Part shown: piece after piece, positions 52,401-64,000 of the stretch
Position numbering within the stretch: the stretch's first letter is position 1
How the letters are laid out: the number at the start of each line of letters is the position of its first letter
DNA from: Bugula neritina
Lineage: Eukaryota; Animalia; Bryozoa
Assembly (NCBI GenBank): GCA_964035545.1
Contig: OZ037766.1
Span: 17,819,081 to 17,883,080 of the forward strand
Reading direction: 5' to 3'
Length of the DNA: 64,000 nucleotides
Notes under the pieces: generated by a model
Database searches by the model: none
What the model was told of the DNA's origin: nothing
Seen by the model: only the letters and a program-made list of their open reading frames with translations
Position numbers and translations under genes: made by a program

Positions 52401-55400
52401 GTTACAATAAATTTCAGTATGTTACAGTACATTTCCATAAATTACACTATACTTCAGTGAGTTGTAGTATATTTCAGTATCTTGCAGTATATCTCAGTTT
52501 GTTACAGTATATTTCAGTGTGTTACAGTAAATTTCAGTATGTTACAGTGCATTTGCAGATATTACACTATACTTCAGTGAGTTTTAGTGTCTTTCAGTAT
52601 GTTGCAGTATATTTAAGTATGTTGCAGTATTTTGCAATATATTTTAGTATGTTACAGTGTATTTCAGTACGTTGCAGTATATTTCAGTATGATACAATAA
52701 ATTTCAGTGTGTTACAGTACATTTCTGCAAATTACACTATACTTCAGTGAGTTGTAGTATATTTCAGTATCTTGCAGTATATCTCAGTATGTTACAGTTT
52801 ATTTCAGTATGTTCCAGTATATTTCAGCGTGTTTCAGTATATTTCAGTATGCCACAGTGCATTTTTAGATTTTTCACTATACTTCAGTGAATTTTAGTGT
52901 CTTTCAGTATGTTGCAGTATATTTCGGTATCTTGCAACTTATTTCAATGTGTTGCAATGTATTTCAATATGTTACAGTGTATTTCAGTATGTTGCAGTAT
53001 GTTGAAGTGTATTTCAGTATGTTACAGTGTATTTCAGTAGGTTTCAGTATCTTGCAGTATATTTCAGCATGTTGCAGTATATCTCAGTGGGTTACAGTAT
53101 ATTCCAGTATGTTCCATTATGTTGCAGTATATTTCAGTATGTTGCAGTGTATTTCAGTATGTTACAGTGTATTTCAGTATGTTGCAGTATGTTGCAGTGT
53201 ATTTCTGTATGTTACAGCGTATTTCTGTATGTTACAGTGTATTTCAGTAGTTTGCAACATATTTCAGTAGGTTACCATATATTTCGGTATGTTGCAGCAT
53301 ATTTCAATGAATTGCAGTGTATTTCAATATGTTACAGTGTATTTCAGTATGTTGCAGTATGTTGCAGTGTATTTCTGTATGTTACAGGGTATTTCAGTAT
53401 GTTGCAGTATATTTCAGTATGTTACAGTATGTTTCAGTATGTTGCAGTATATTTCCGTGGGTTATAGTATATTTCAGTATGATACAGCGTATTTCAGTAT
53501 GTTACAGTGTATTTCAGTATGTTGCAGTATTTTGGAATGCATTTCAGTATGTTACAGTGTATTTCAGTATGTTGCAGTATATTTCAGTATGTTACAATAA
53601 ATTTCAGTATGTTACAGTACATTTCCGTAAATTACACCATACTTCAGTGAGTTGTAGTATATTTCAGTATTCGGCAGTATATCTCAGTATGTTACAGTAT
53701 ATTTCAGTATGTTACAGTATATTTCAGTTTGTTACAGTATGTTGAGTATATTTCAGTAGTTTGCAACATATTTCAGTAGGTTACCAGATATTTCGGTATG
53801 TTGCAGCATATTTCAATGTCTTGCAGTGTATTTCAATATGTTACAGTGTATTTCAGTATGTTGCAGTATGTTGCAGTATGATGCAGTATGTTTCAGTGTA
53901 TTTCTGTATGTTACAGTGTATTTCAGTATGTTGCAGTATATTTCAGTATGTTACAATAAATTTCAGTATGTTACAGTACATTTCCGTAAATTACACTATA
54001 CTTCAGTGAGTTGTAGTATATTTCAGTATCTTGCAGTATATCTCAGTATGTTACTGTATATTTCAGTATGTTACAGTATATTTAAGTGTGTTACAGTAAA
54101 CTTCAGTATGTTTCAGTGCATTTGCAGATATTACACTATACTTCAGTGAGTTTTAGTGTCTTTTAGTGTGTTGCAGTATATTTAAGTATGTTGCAGTATT
54201 TTGCAATATATTTTAGTATGTTACAGTGTATTTCAGTACGTTGCAGTATATTTCAGTATGATACAATAAATTTCAGTGTGTTACAGTACATATCTGCAAA
54301 TTACACTATACTTCAGTGAGTTGTAGTATATTTCAGTATCTTGCAGTATATCTCAGTATGTTACAGTTTATTTCAGTATGTTCCAGTATATTTCAGCGTG
54401 TTTCAGTATATTTCAGTATGCCACAGTGCATTTTTAGATTTTTCACTATACTTCAGTGAGTTTTAGTGTCTTTCAGTATGTTGCAGTATAATTCGGTATC
54501 TTGCAACTTATTTCAATTTGTTGCAATGTATTTCAATATGTTACAGTGTATTTCAGTATGTTGCAGTATGTTGCAGTGTATTTCAGTATGTTACAGTGTA
54601 TTTCAGTAGGTTTCAGTATCTTGCAGTATATTTCAGTATGTTGCAGTATATTTCAGTGGGTTACAGTATATTCCAGTATGTTCCAGTATGTTGCAGTATA
54701 TTTCAGTATGTTACAGTGTATTTCAGTATGTTGCAGTATGTTGCAGTGTATTTCTGTATGTTACAGCGTATTTCTGTATGTTACAGTGTGTTTCAGTAGT
54801 TTGCAACATATTTCAGTAGGTTACCATATATTTCGGTATGTTGCAGCATATTTCAACGTGTTGCAGTGTATTTGAATATGTTACAGTGTATTTTAGTATG
54901 TTGCAGTATGTTGCAGTGTATTTCTGTATGTTACAGGGTATTTCAGTATGTTGCAGTATATTTCAGTATGTTACAGTATGGTTCAGTATGTTGCAGTATA
55001 TTTCCGTGGGTTATAGTACATTTCAGTATGATACAGCGTATTTCAGTATGTTACAGTGTATTTCAGTATGTTGCAGTACTTTGCAATGCATTTCAGTATG
55101 TTACAGTGTATTACAGTATGTTGCAGTATATTTCAGTATGTTATAATAAATTTCAGTATGTTACAGTACATTTCCGTAAATTACACTATACCTCAGTGAG
55201 TTGTAGTATATTTCAGTATCTTGCAGTATATCTCAGTATGTTACAGTATATTTCAGTATGTTACAGCATATTTCAGTGTGTTACAGTATGTTGAGTATAT
55301 TTCAGTAGTTTGCAACATATTTCAGTAGGTTACCAGATATTTCGGTATGTTGCAGCATATTTCAATGTGTTGCAGTGCATTTCAATATGTTACAGTGTAT

Positions 55401-58400
55401 TTCAGTATGTTGCAGTATGTTGCAGTATGATGCAGTATGTTGCAGTGTATTTCTGATTGTTACAGTGTATTTCAGTATGTTGCAGTATATTTCAGTATGT
55501 TACAGTATGTTTCAGTATGTTGCAGTATATTTCAGTGGGTTATAGTATATTTCAGTATGATACAGCGTATTTCAGTATGTTACAGTGTATTTCAGTATGT
55601 TACAGTATGTTTCAGTATGTTGCAGTATATTTCCGTGGGTTATAGTATATTTCAGTATGATACAGCGTATTTCAGTATGTTTCAGTGTATTTCAGTATGT
55701 TGCGGTATTTTGCAATGCATTTCAGTATGTTACAGTGTATTTCAGTATGTTGCAGTATATTTCAGTATGTTACAATAAATTTCAGTATGTTACAGTACAT
55801 TTCTATAAATTACACTATACTTCAGTGAGTTGTAGTATATTTCAGTATCTTGCAGTATATCTCAGTTTGTTACAGTATATTTCAGTGTGTTACAGTAAAT
55901 TTCAGTATGTTACAGTGCATTTGCAGATATTACACTATACTTCAGTGAGTTTTAGTGTCTTTCAGTATGTTGCAGTATATTTAAGTATGTTGCAGTATTT
56001 TGCAATATATTTTAGTATGTTACAGTGTATTTCAGTACGTTGCAGTATATTTCAGTATGATACAATAAATTTCAGTGTGTTACAGTACATTTCTGCAAAT
56101 TACACTATACTTCAGTGAGTTGTAGTATATTTCAGTATCTTGCAGTATATCTCAGTATGTTACAGTTTATTTCAGTATGTTCCAGTATATTTCAGCGTGT
56201 TTCAGTATATTTCAGTATGCCACAGTGCATTTTTAGATTTTTCACTATACTTCAGTGAATTTTAGTGTCTTTCAGTATGTTGCAGTATATTTCGGTATCT
56301 TGCAACTTATTTCAATGTGTTGCAATGTATTTCAATATGTTACAGTGTATTTCGGTATGTTGCAGTATGTTGCAGTGTATTTCAGTATGTTACAGTGTAT
56401 TTCAGTAGGTTTCAGTATCTTGCAGTATATTTCAGTATGTTGCAGTATATCTCAGTGGGTTACAGTATATTCCAGTATGTTCCATTATGTTGCAGTATAT
56501 TTCAGTATGTTGCAGTGTATTTCAGTATGTTACAGTGTATTTCAGTATGTTGCAGTATGTTGCAGTGTATTTCTGTATGTTACAGCGTATTTCTGTATGT
56601 TACAGTGTATTTCAGTAGTTTGCAACATATTTCAGTAGGTTACCATATATTTCGGTATGTTGCAGCATATTTCAATGAATTGCAGTGTATTTCAATATGT
56701 TACAGTGTATTTCAGTATGTTGCAGTATGTTGCAGTGTATTTCTGTATGTTACAGGGTATTTCAGTATGTTGCAGTATATTTCAGTATGTTACAGTATGT
56801 TTCAGTATGTTGCAGTATATTTCCGTGGGTTATAGTATATTTCAGTATGATACAGCGTATTTCAGTATGTTACAGTGTATTTCAGTATGTTGCAGTATTT
56901 TGGAATGCATTTCAGTATGTTACAGTGTATTTCAGTATGTTGCAGTATTTTGCAATATATTTCAGTATGTTACAGCGTATTTCAGTATGTTGCAGTATAT
57001 TTCAGTATGTTGCAGTATTTTGCAATATATTTTAGTATGTTACAGTGTATTTCAGTACGTTGCAGTATATTTCAGTATGATACAATAAATTTCAGTGTGT
57101 TACAGTACATATCTGCAAATTACACTATACTTCAGTGAGTTGTAGTATATTTCAGTATCTTGCAGTATATCTCAGTATGTTACAGTTTATTTCAATATGT
57201 TCCAGTATATTTCAGCGTGTTTCAGTATATTTCAGTATGCCACAGTGCATTTTTAGATTTTTCACTATACTTCAGTGAGTTTTAGTGTCTTTCAGTATGT
57301 TGCAGTATATTTCGGTATCTTGCAACTTATTTCAATGTGTTGCAATGTATTTCAATATGTTACAGTGTATTTCAGTATGTTGCAGTATGTTGCAGTGTAT
57401 TTCAGTATGTTACAGTGTATTTCAGTAGGTTTCAGTATCTTGCAGTATATTTCAGTATGTTGCAGTATATTTCAGTGGGTTACAGTATATTCCAGTATGT
57501 TCCAGTATGTTGCAGTATATTTCAGTATGTTACAGTGTATTTCAGTATGTTGCAGTATGTTGCAGTGTATTTCTGTATGTTACAGCGTATTTCTGTATGT
57601 TACAGTGTGTTTCAGTAGTTTGCAACATATTTCAGTAGGTTACCATATATTTCGGTATGTTGCAGCATATTTCAACGCGTTGCAGTGTATTTGAATATGT
57701 TACAGTGTATTTCAGTATGTTGCAGTATGTTGCAGTGTATTTCTGTATGTTACAGGGTATTTCAGTATGTTGCAGTATATTTCAGTATGTTACAGTATGG
57801 TACAGTATGTTGCAGTATATTTCCGTGGGTTATAGTGTATTTCAGTATGATACAGCGTATTTCAGTATGTTACAGTGTATTTCAGTATGTTGCAGTATTT
57901 TGCAATGCATTTCAGTATGTTACAGTGTATTTCAGTATGTTGCAGTATATTTCAGTATGTTATAATAAATTTCAGTATGTTACAGTACATTTCCGTAAAT
58001 TACACTATACCTCAGTGAGTTGTAGTATATTTCAGTATCTTGCAGTATATCTCAGTATGTTACAGTATATTTCAGTATGTTACAGCATATTTCAGTGTGT
58101 TACAGTATGTTGAGTATATTTCAGTAGTTTGCAACATATTTCAGTAGGTTACCAGATATTTCGGTATGTTGCAGCATATTTCAATGTGTTGCAGTGCATT
58201 TCAATATGTTACAGTGTATTTCAGTATGTTGCAGTATGTTGCAGTATGATGCAGTATGTTGCAGTGTATTTCTGATTGTTACAGTGTATTTCAGTATGTT
58301 GCAGTATATTTCAGTATGTTACAGTATGTTTCAGTATGTTGCAGTATATTTCAGTGGGTTATAGTATATTTCAGTATGATACAGCGTATTTCAGTATGTT

Positions 58401-61400
58401 ACAGTGTATTTCAGTATGTTACAGTATGTTTCAGTATGTTGCAGTATATTTCCGTGGGTTATAGTATATTTCAGTATGATACAGCGTATTTCAGTATGTT
58501 TCAGTGTATTTCAGTATGTTGCGGTATTTTGCAATGCATTTCAGTATGTTACAGTGTATTTCAGTACGTTGCAGTATATTTCAGTATGATACAATAAATT
58601 TCAGTGTGTTACAGTACATATCTGCAAATTACACTATACTTCAGTGAGTTGTAGTATATTTCAGTATCTTGCAGTATATCTCAGTATGTTACAGTTTATT
58701 TCAATATGTTCCAGTATATTTCAGCGTGTTTCAGTATATTTCAGTATGCCACAGTGCATTTTTAGATTTTTCACTATACTTCAGTGAGTTTTAGTGTCTT
58801 TCAGTATGTTGCAGTATATTTCGGTATCTTGCAACTTATTTCAATGTGTTGCAATGTATTTCAATATGTTACAGTGTATTTCAGTATGTTGCAGTATGTT
58901 GCAGTGTATTTCAGTATGTTACAGTGTATTTCAGTAGGTTTCAGTATCTTGCAGTATATTTCAGTATGTTGCAGTATATTTCAGTGGGTTACAGTATATT
59001 CCAGTATGTTCCAGTATGTTGCAGTATATTTCAGTATGTTACAGTGTATTTCAGTATGTTGCAGTATGTTGCAGTGTATTTCTGTATGTTACAGCGTATT
59101 TCTGTATGTTACAGTGTGTTTCAGTAGTTTGCAACATATTTCAGTAGGTTACCATATATTTCGGTATGTTGCAGCATATTTCAACGCGTTGCAGTGTATT
59201 TGAATATGTTACAGTGTATTTCAGTATGTTGCAGTATGTTGCAGTGTATTTCTGTATGTTACAGGGTATTTCAGTATGTTGCAGTATATTTCAGTATGTT
59301 ACAGTATGGTACAGTATGTTGCAGTATATTTCCGTGGGTTATAGTGTATTTCAGTATGATACAGCGTATTTCAGTATGTTACAGTGTATTTCAGTATGTT
59401 GCAGTATTTTGCAATGCATTTCAGTATGTTACAGTGTATTTCAGTATGTTGCAGTATATTTCAGTATGTTATAATAAATTTCAGTATGTTACAGTACATT
59501 TCCGTAAATTACACTATACCTCAGTGAGTTGTAGTATATTTCAGTATGTTGCAGTATATCTCAGTATGTTACTGTATATTTCAGTATGTTACAGTATATT
59601 TCAGTGTGTTACAGTAAATTTCAGTATGTTACAGTGCATTTGCAGATATTACACTGTACTTCAGTGAGTTTTAGTGTCTTTCAGTATGTTCCAGTATATT
59701 TAAGTATGTTGCAGTATTTTGCAATATATTTTAGTATGTTACAGTGTATTTCAGTACGTTGCAGTATATTTCAGTATGATACAATAAATTTCAGTGTGTT
59801 ACAGTACATTTCTGCAAATTACACTATACTTCAGTGTGTTGTAGTATATTTCAGTATCTTGCAGTATGTCTCAGTATGTTACAGTTTATTTCAGTATGTT
59901 CCAGTATATTTCAGCGTGTGTCAGTATATTTCAGCATGCCACAGTACATTTTTAGATTTTTCACTATACTTCAGTGAGTTTTAGTGTCTTTCAGTATGTT
60001 TCAGTATAATTCGGTAACTTGCAACTTATTTCAATGTGTTGCAATGTATTTCAATATGTTACAGTGTATTTAAGTATGTTGCAGTATGTTGCAGTGTATT
60101 TCAGTATGTTACAGTGTATTTCAGTAGGCTTCAGTATCTTGCAGTATATTTCAGTATGTTGCAGTATATTTCAGTATGTTACAGTGTATTTCAGTATGTT
60201 GCAGTATGTTGCAGTGTATTTCTGTATGTTACAGCGTATTTCTGTATGTTACAGTGTGTTTCAGTAGTTTGCAACATATTTCAGTAGGTTACCATATATT
60301 TCGGTATGTTGCAGCATATTTCAACGCGTTGCAGTGTATTTGAATATGTTACAGTGTATTTCAGTATGTTGCAGTATGTTGCAGTGTATTTCTGTATGTT
60401 ACAGGGTATTTCAGTATGTTGCAGTATGTTTCAGTATGTTACAGTATGGTACAGTATGTTGCAGTATATTTCCGTGGGTTATAGTGTATTTCAGTATGAT
60501 ACAGCGTATTTCAGTATGTTACAGTGTATTTCAGTATGTTGCAGTATTTTGCAATGCATTTCAGTATGTTACAGTGTATTTCAGTATGTTGCAGTATAAT
60601 TCAGTATGTTATAATAAATTTCAGTACGTTACAGTACATTTCCGTAAATTACACTATACCTCAGTGAGTTGTAGTATATTTCAGTATCTTGCAGTATATC
60701 TCAGTATGTTACAGTATATTTCAGTATGTTACAGCATATTTCAGTGTGTTACAGTATGTTGAGTATATTTCAGTAGTTTGCAACATATTTCAGTAGGTTA
60801 CCAGATATTTCCGTATGTTGCAGCATATTTCAATGTGTTGCAGTGCATTTCAATATGTTACAGTGTATTTCAGTATGTTGCAGTATGTTGCAGTATGATG
60901 CAGTATGTTGCAGTGTATTTCTGATTGTTACAGTGTATTTCAGTATGTTGCAGTATATTTCAGTATGTTACAGTATGTTTCACTATGTTGCAGTATATTT
61001 CAGTGGGTTATAGTATATTTCAGTATGATACAGCGTATTTCAGTATGTTACAGTGTATTTCAGTATGTTACAGTATGTTTCAGTATGTTGCAGTATATTT
61101 CCGTGGGTTATAGTATATTTCAGTATGATACAGCGTATTTCAGTATGTTTCAGTGTATTTCAGTATGTTGCGGTATTTTGCAATGCATTTCAGTATGTTG
61201 CAGTGTATTTCAGTATGTTGCAGTATATTTCAGTATGTTACAATAAATTTCAGTATGTTACAGTACATTTCCGTAAATTATACCATACTTCAGTGAGTTG
61301 TAGTATATTTCAGTATCTTGCAGTATATCTCAGTATGTTACTGTATATTTCAGTGTGTTACAGTAAATTTCAGTATGTTACAGTGCATTTGCAGATATTA

Positions 61401-64000
61401 CACTATACTTCAGTGAGTTTTAGTGTCTTTCAGTATGTTCCAGTATATTTAAGTATGTTGCAGTATTTTGCAATATATTTTAGTATGTTACAGTGTATTT
61501 CAGTACGTTGCAGTATATTTCAGTATGATACAATAAATTTCAGTGTGTTACAGTACATTTCTGCAAATTACACTATACTTCAGTGTGTTGTAGTATATTT
61601 CAGTATCTTGCAGTATATCTCAGTATGTTACAGTTTATTTCAGTATGTTCCAGTATATTTCAGCGTGTTTCAGTATATTTCAGCATGCCACAGTACATTT
61701 TTAGATTTTTCACTATACTTCAGTGAGTTTTAGTGTCTTTCAGTATGTTTCAGTATAATTCGGTAACTTGCAACTTATTTCAATGTGTTGCAATGTATTT
61801 CAATATGTTACAGTGTATTTAAGTATGTTGCAGTATGTTGCAGTGTATTTCAGTATGTTACAGTGTATTTCAGTAGGCTTCAGTATCTTGCAGTATATTT
61901 CAGTATGTTGCGGTATATTTCAGTGGGTTACAGTATATTCCAGTATGTTCCAGTATGTTGCTGTATATTTCAGTATGTTGCAGTGTATTTCAGTATGTTA
62001 CAGTGTATTTCAGTATGTTGCAGTATGTTGCAGTGTATTTCTGTATGTTACAGCGTATTTCTGTATGTTACAGTGTATTTCAGTAGTTTGCAACATATTT
62101 CAGTAGGTTACCATATATTTTGGTATGTTGCAGCATATTTATATGTGTTGCAGTGTATTTGAATATGTTACGGTGTATTTCAGTATGTTGCAGTATGTTG
62201 CAGTGTATTTCTGTATGTTACAGGGTATTTCAGTATGTTGCAGTATATTTCAGTATGTTACAGTATGGTTCAGTATGTTGCAGTATATTTCCGTGGGTTA
62301 TAGTATATTTCAGTATGATACAGCGTATTTCAGTATGTTACAGTGTATTTCAGTATGTTGCAGTATTTTGCAATGCATTTCAGTATGTTACAGTGTATTA
62401 CAGTATGTTGCAGTATATTTCAGTATGTTATAATAAATTTCAGTATGTTACAGTACATTTCCGTAAATTACACTATACCTCAGTGAGTTGTAGTATATTT
62501 CAGTATCTTGCAGTATATCTCAGTATGTTACAGTATATTTCACTATGTTACAGCATATTTCAGTGTGTTACAGTATGTTGAGTATATTTCAGTAGTTTGC
62601 AACATATTTCAGTAGGTTACCAGATATTTCGGTATGTTGCAGCATATTTCAATGTGTTGCAGTGTATTTCAATATGTTACAGTGTATTTCAGCATGTTGC
62701 AGTATGTTGCAGTATGATGCAGTATGTTTCAGTGTATTTCTGTATGTTACAGTGTATTTCAGTATCTTGCAGTATATTTCAGTATGTTACAGTATGTTTC
62801 AGTATGTTGCAGTATATTTCCGTGGGCTATAGTATATTTCAGTATGATACAGCGTATTTCAGTATGTTTCAGTGTATTTCAGTATGTTGCGGTATTTTGC
62901 AATGCATTTCAGTATGTTACAGTGTATTTCAGTATGTTGCAGTATATTTCAGTATGTTACAATAAATTTCAGTATGTTACAGTACATTTCCGTAAATTAT
63001 ACCATACTTCAGTGAGTTGTAGTATATTTCAGTATCTTGCAGCATATCTCAGTATGTTACAGTATATTTCAGTATGTTACAGTATATTTCAGTGTGTTAC
63101 AGTATGTTGAGTATATTTCAGTAGTTTGCAACATATTTCAGTAGGTTACCAGATATTTCGGTATGTTGCAGCATATTTCAATGTGTTGCAGTGTATTTCA
63201 ATATGTTACAGTGTATTTCAGTATGTTGCAGTATGTTGCAGTATGATGCAGTATGTTGCAGTGTATTTCTGATTGTTACAGTGTATTTCAGTATGTTGCA
63301 GTATATTTCAGTATGTTACAGTATGTTTCACTATGTTGCAGTATATTTCAGTGGGTTATAGTATATTTCAGTATGATACAGCGTATTTCAGTATGTTTCA
63401 GTGTATTTCAGTATGTTGCGGTATTTTGCAATGCATTTCAGTATGTTACAGTGTATTTCAGTATGTTGCAGTATATTTCAGTATGTTACAATAAACTTCA
63501 GTATGTTACAGTACATTTCCATAAATTACACTATACTTCAGTGAGTTGTAGTATATTTCAGTATCTTGCAGTATATCTCAGTTTGTTACAGTATATTTCA
63601 GTGTGTTACAGTAAATTTCAGTATGTTACAGTGCATTTGCAGATATTACACTATACTTCAGTGAGTTTTAGTGTCTTTCAGTATGTTGCAGTATATTTAA
63701 GTATGTTGCAGTATTTTGCAATATATTTTAGTATGTTACAGTGTATTTCAGTACGTTGCAGTATATTTCAGTATGATACAATAAATTTCAGTGTGTTACA
63801 GTACATTTCTGCAAAATACACTATACTTCAGTGAGTTGCAGTATATTTCAGTATCTTGCAGTATATCTCAGTATGTTACAGTTTATTTCAGTATGTTCCA
63901 GTATATTTCAGCGTGTTTCAGTATATTTCAGTATGCCACAGTGCATTTTTAGATTTTTCACTATACTTCAGTGAATTTTAGTGTCTTTCAGTATGTTGCA
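46500..64000 (+). repeat. Right-hand subfamily with variable-length higher-order units (offsets 2588, 3368, 3538, 2819, 1509, 1140, 1749)
   Basis: ORF pairs 47635/50223, 52069/55437, 49751/53289, 55437/58256, 57275/58784, 59166/60306 and 60019/61768; shared markers TATGTTGAGTAT and ATTTTTAGATTTTTCAC. Confidence 0.82.

Larger units (their letters stand above)
4897..64000 (+). repeat. Large tandem satellite array of 10-bp monomers, consensus CAGTRTRTTD (mainly CAGTATGTTG, CAGTATATTT, CAGTATGTTA, CAGTGTATTT), about 5,900 monomers
   Basis: The 10-bp period is visible as column alignment throughout. -GTT(G/A) and -ATTT monomers commonly alternate (20-bp dimer). Single orientation; no foreign insertion seen; continues past the window end. 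Confidence 0.99.

Noticed and set aside
4897-64000. Hundreds of Cys/Tyr/Phe-rich ORFs as genes (membrane or structural repeat proteins)
   Set aside because: They overlap in all three frames with the same peptide, follow directly from a stop-free 10-bp repeat, and start and stop at sporadic variants.
4897-64000. CRISPR-like repeat-spacer array built on the landmark boxes
   Set aside because: The sequence between boxes is the same decamer satellite, not unique spacers; spacing varies; there are no cas genes; the context is eukaryotic.
4897-64000. Identity with the Drosophila 10-bp satellite (AATAACATAG)n or with a telomeric repeat
   Set aside because: The minus-strand monomer TAACATACTG shares only TAACATA, which is too short to imply homology. 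There is no G-rich telomerase-type motif, and the monomer heterogeneity argues against templated synthesis.

Overview
Eukaryotic repeat-derived window, probably metazoan (inferred from the TE families), with no credible host gene. 1-~605: decayed Penelope-like retroelement RT fragment (minus strand), ending at a (TA)n microsatellite. ~1597-4896: 5' half of a Ty3/Gypsy LTR retrotransposon with a putative 685-bp 5' LTR, an 18-nt tRNA-Leu PBS, an intact 295-aa gag with a CCHC knuckle, a -1 frameshift stem-loop/pseudoknot and a stop-disrupted protease-RT. It is cut off inside RT, just before the expected PFGL and YxDD motifs. ~4897-64000 (about 92% of the window, continuing past the edge): one uninterrupted, single-orientation satellite of 10-bp monomers (CAGTATGTTG / CAGTATATTT / CAGTATGTTA / CAGTGTATTT). 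It shows 20-bp dimers, recurring landmark boxes often 140/170 bp apart, kb-scale patchwork duplications and regional subfamilies. The hundreds of + strand ORFs in the array are repeat artefacts. I cannot support a new protein-coding system. The most interesting leads, all hypotheses, are (i) the monomer is a G-U wobble palindrome on the + strand only, (ii) the LTR points directly into that strand, and (iii) a nucleosome-scale box spacing overlies the 10-bp period. All coordinates and offsets were read by eye or taken from the ORF track.
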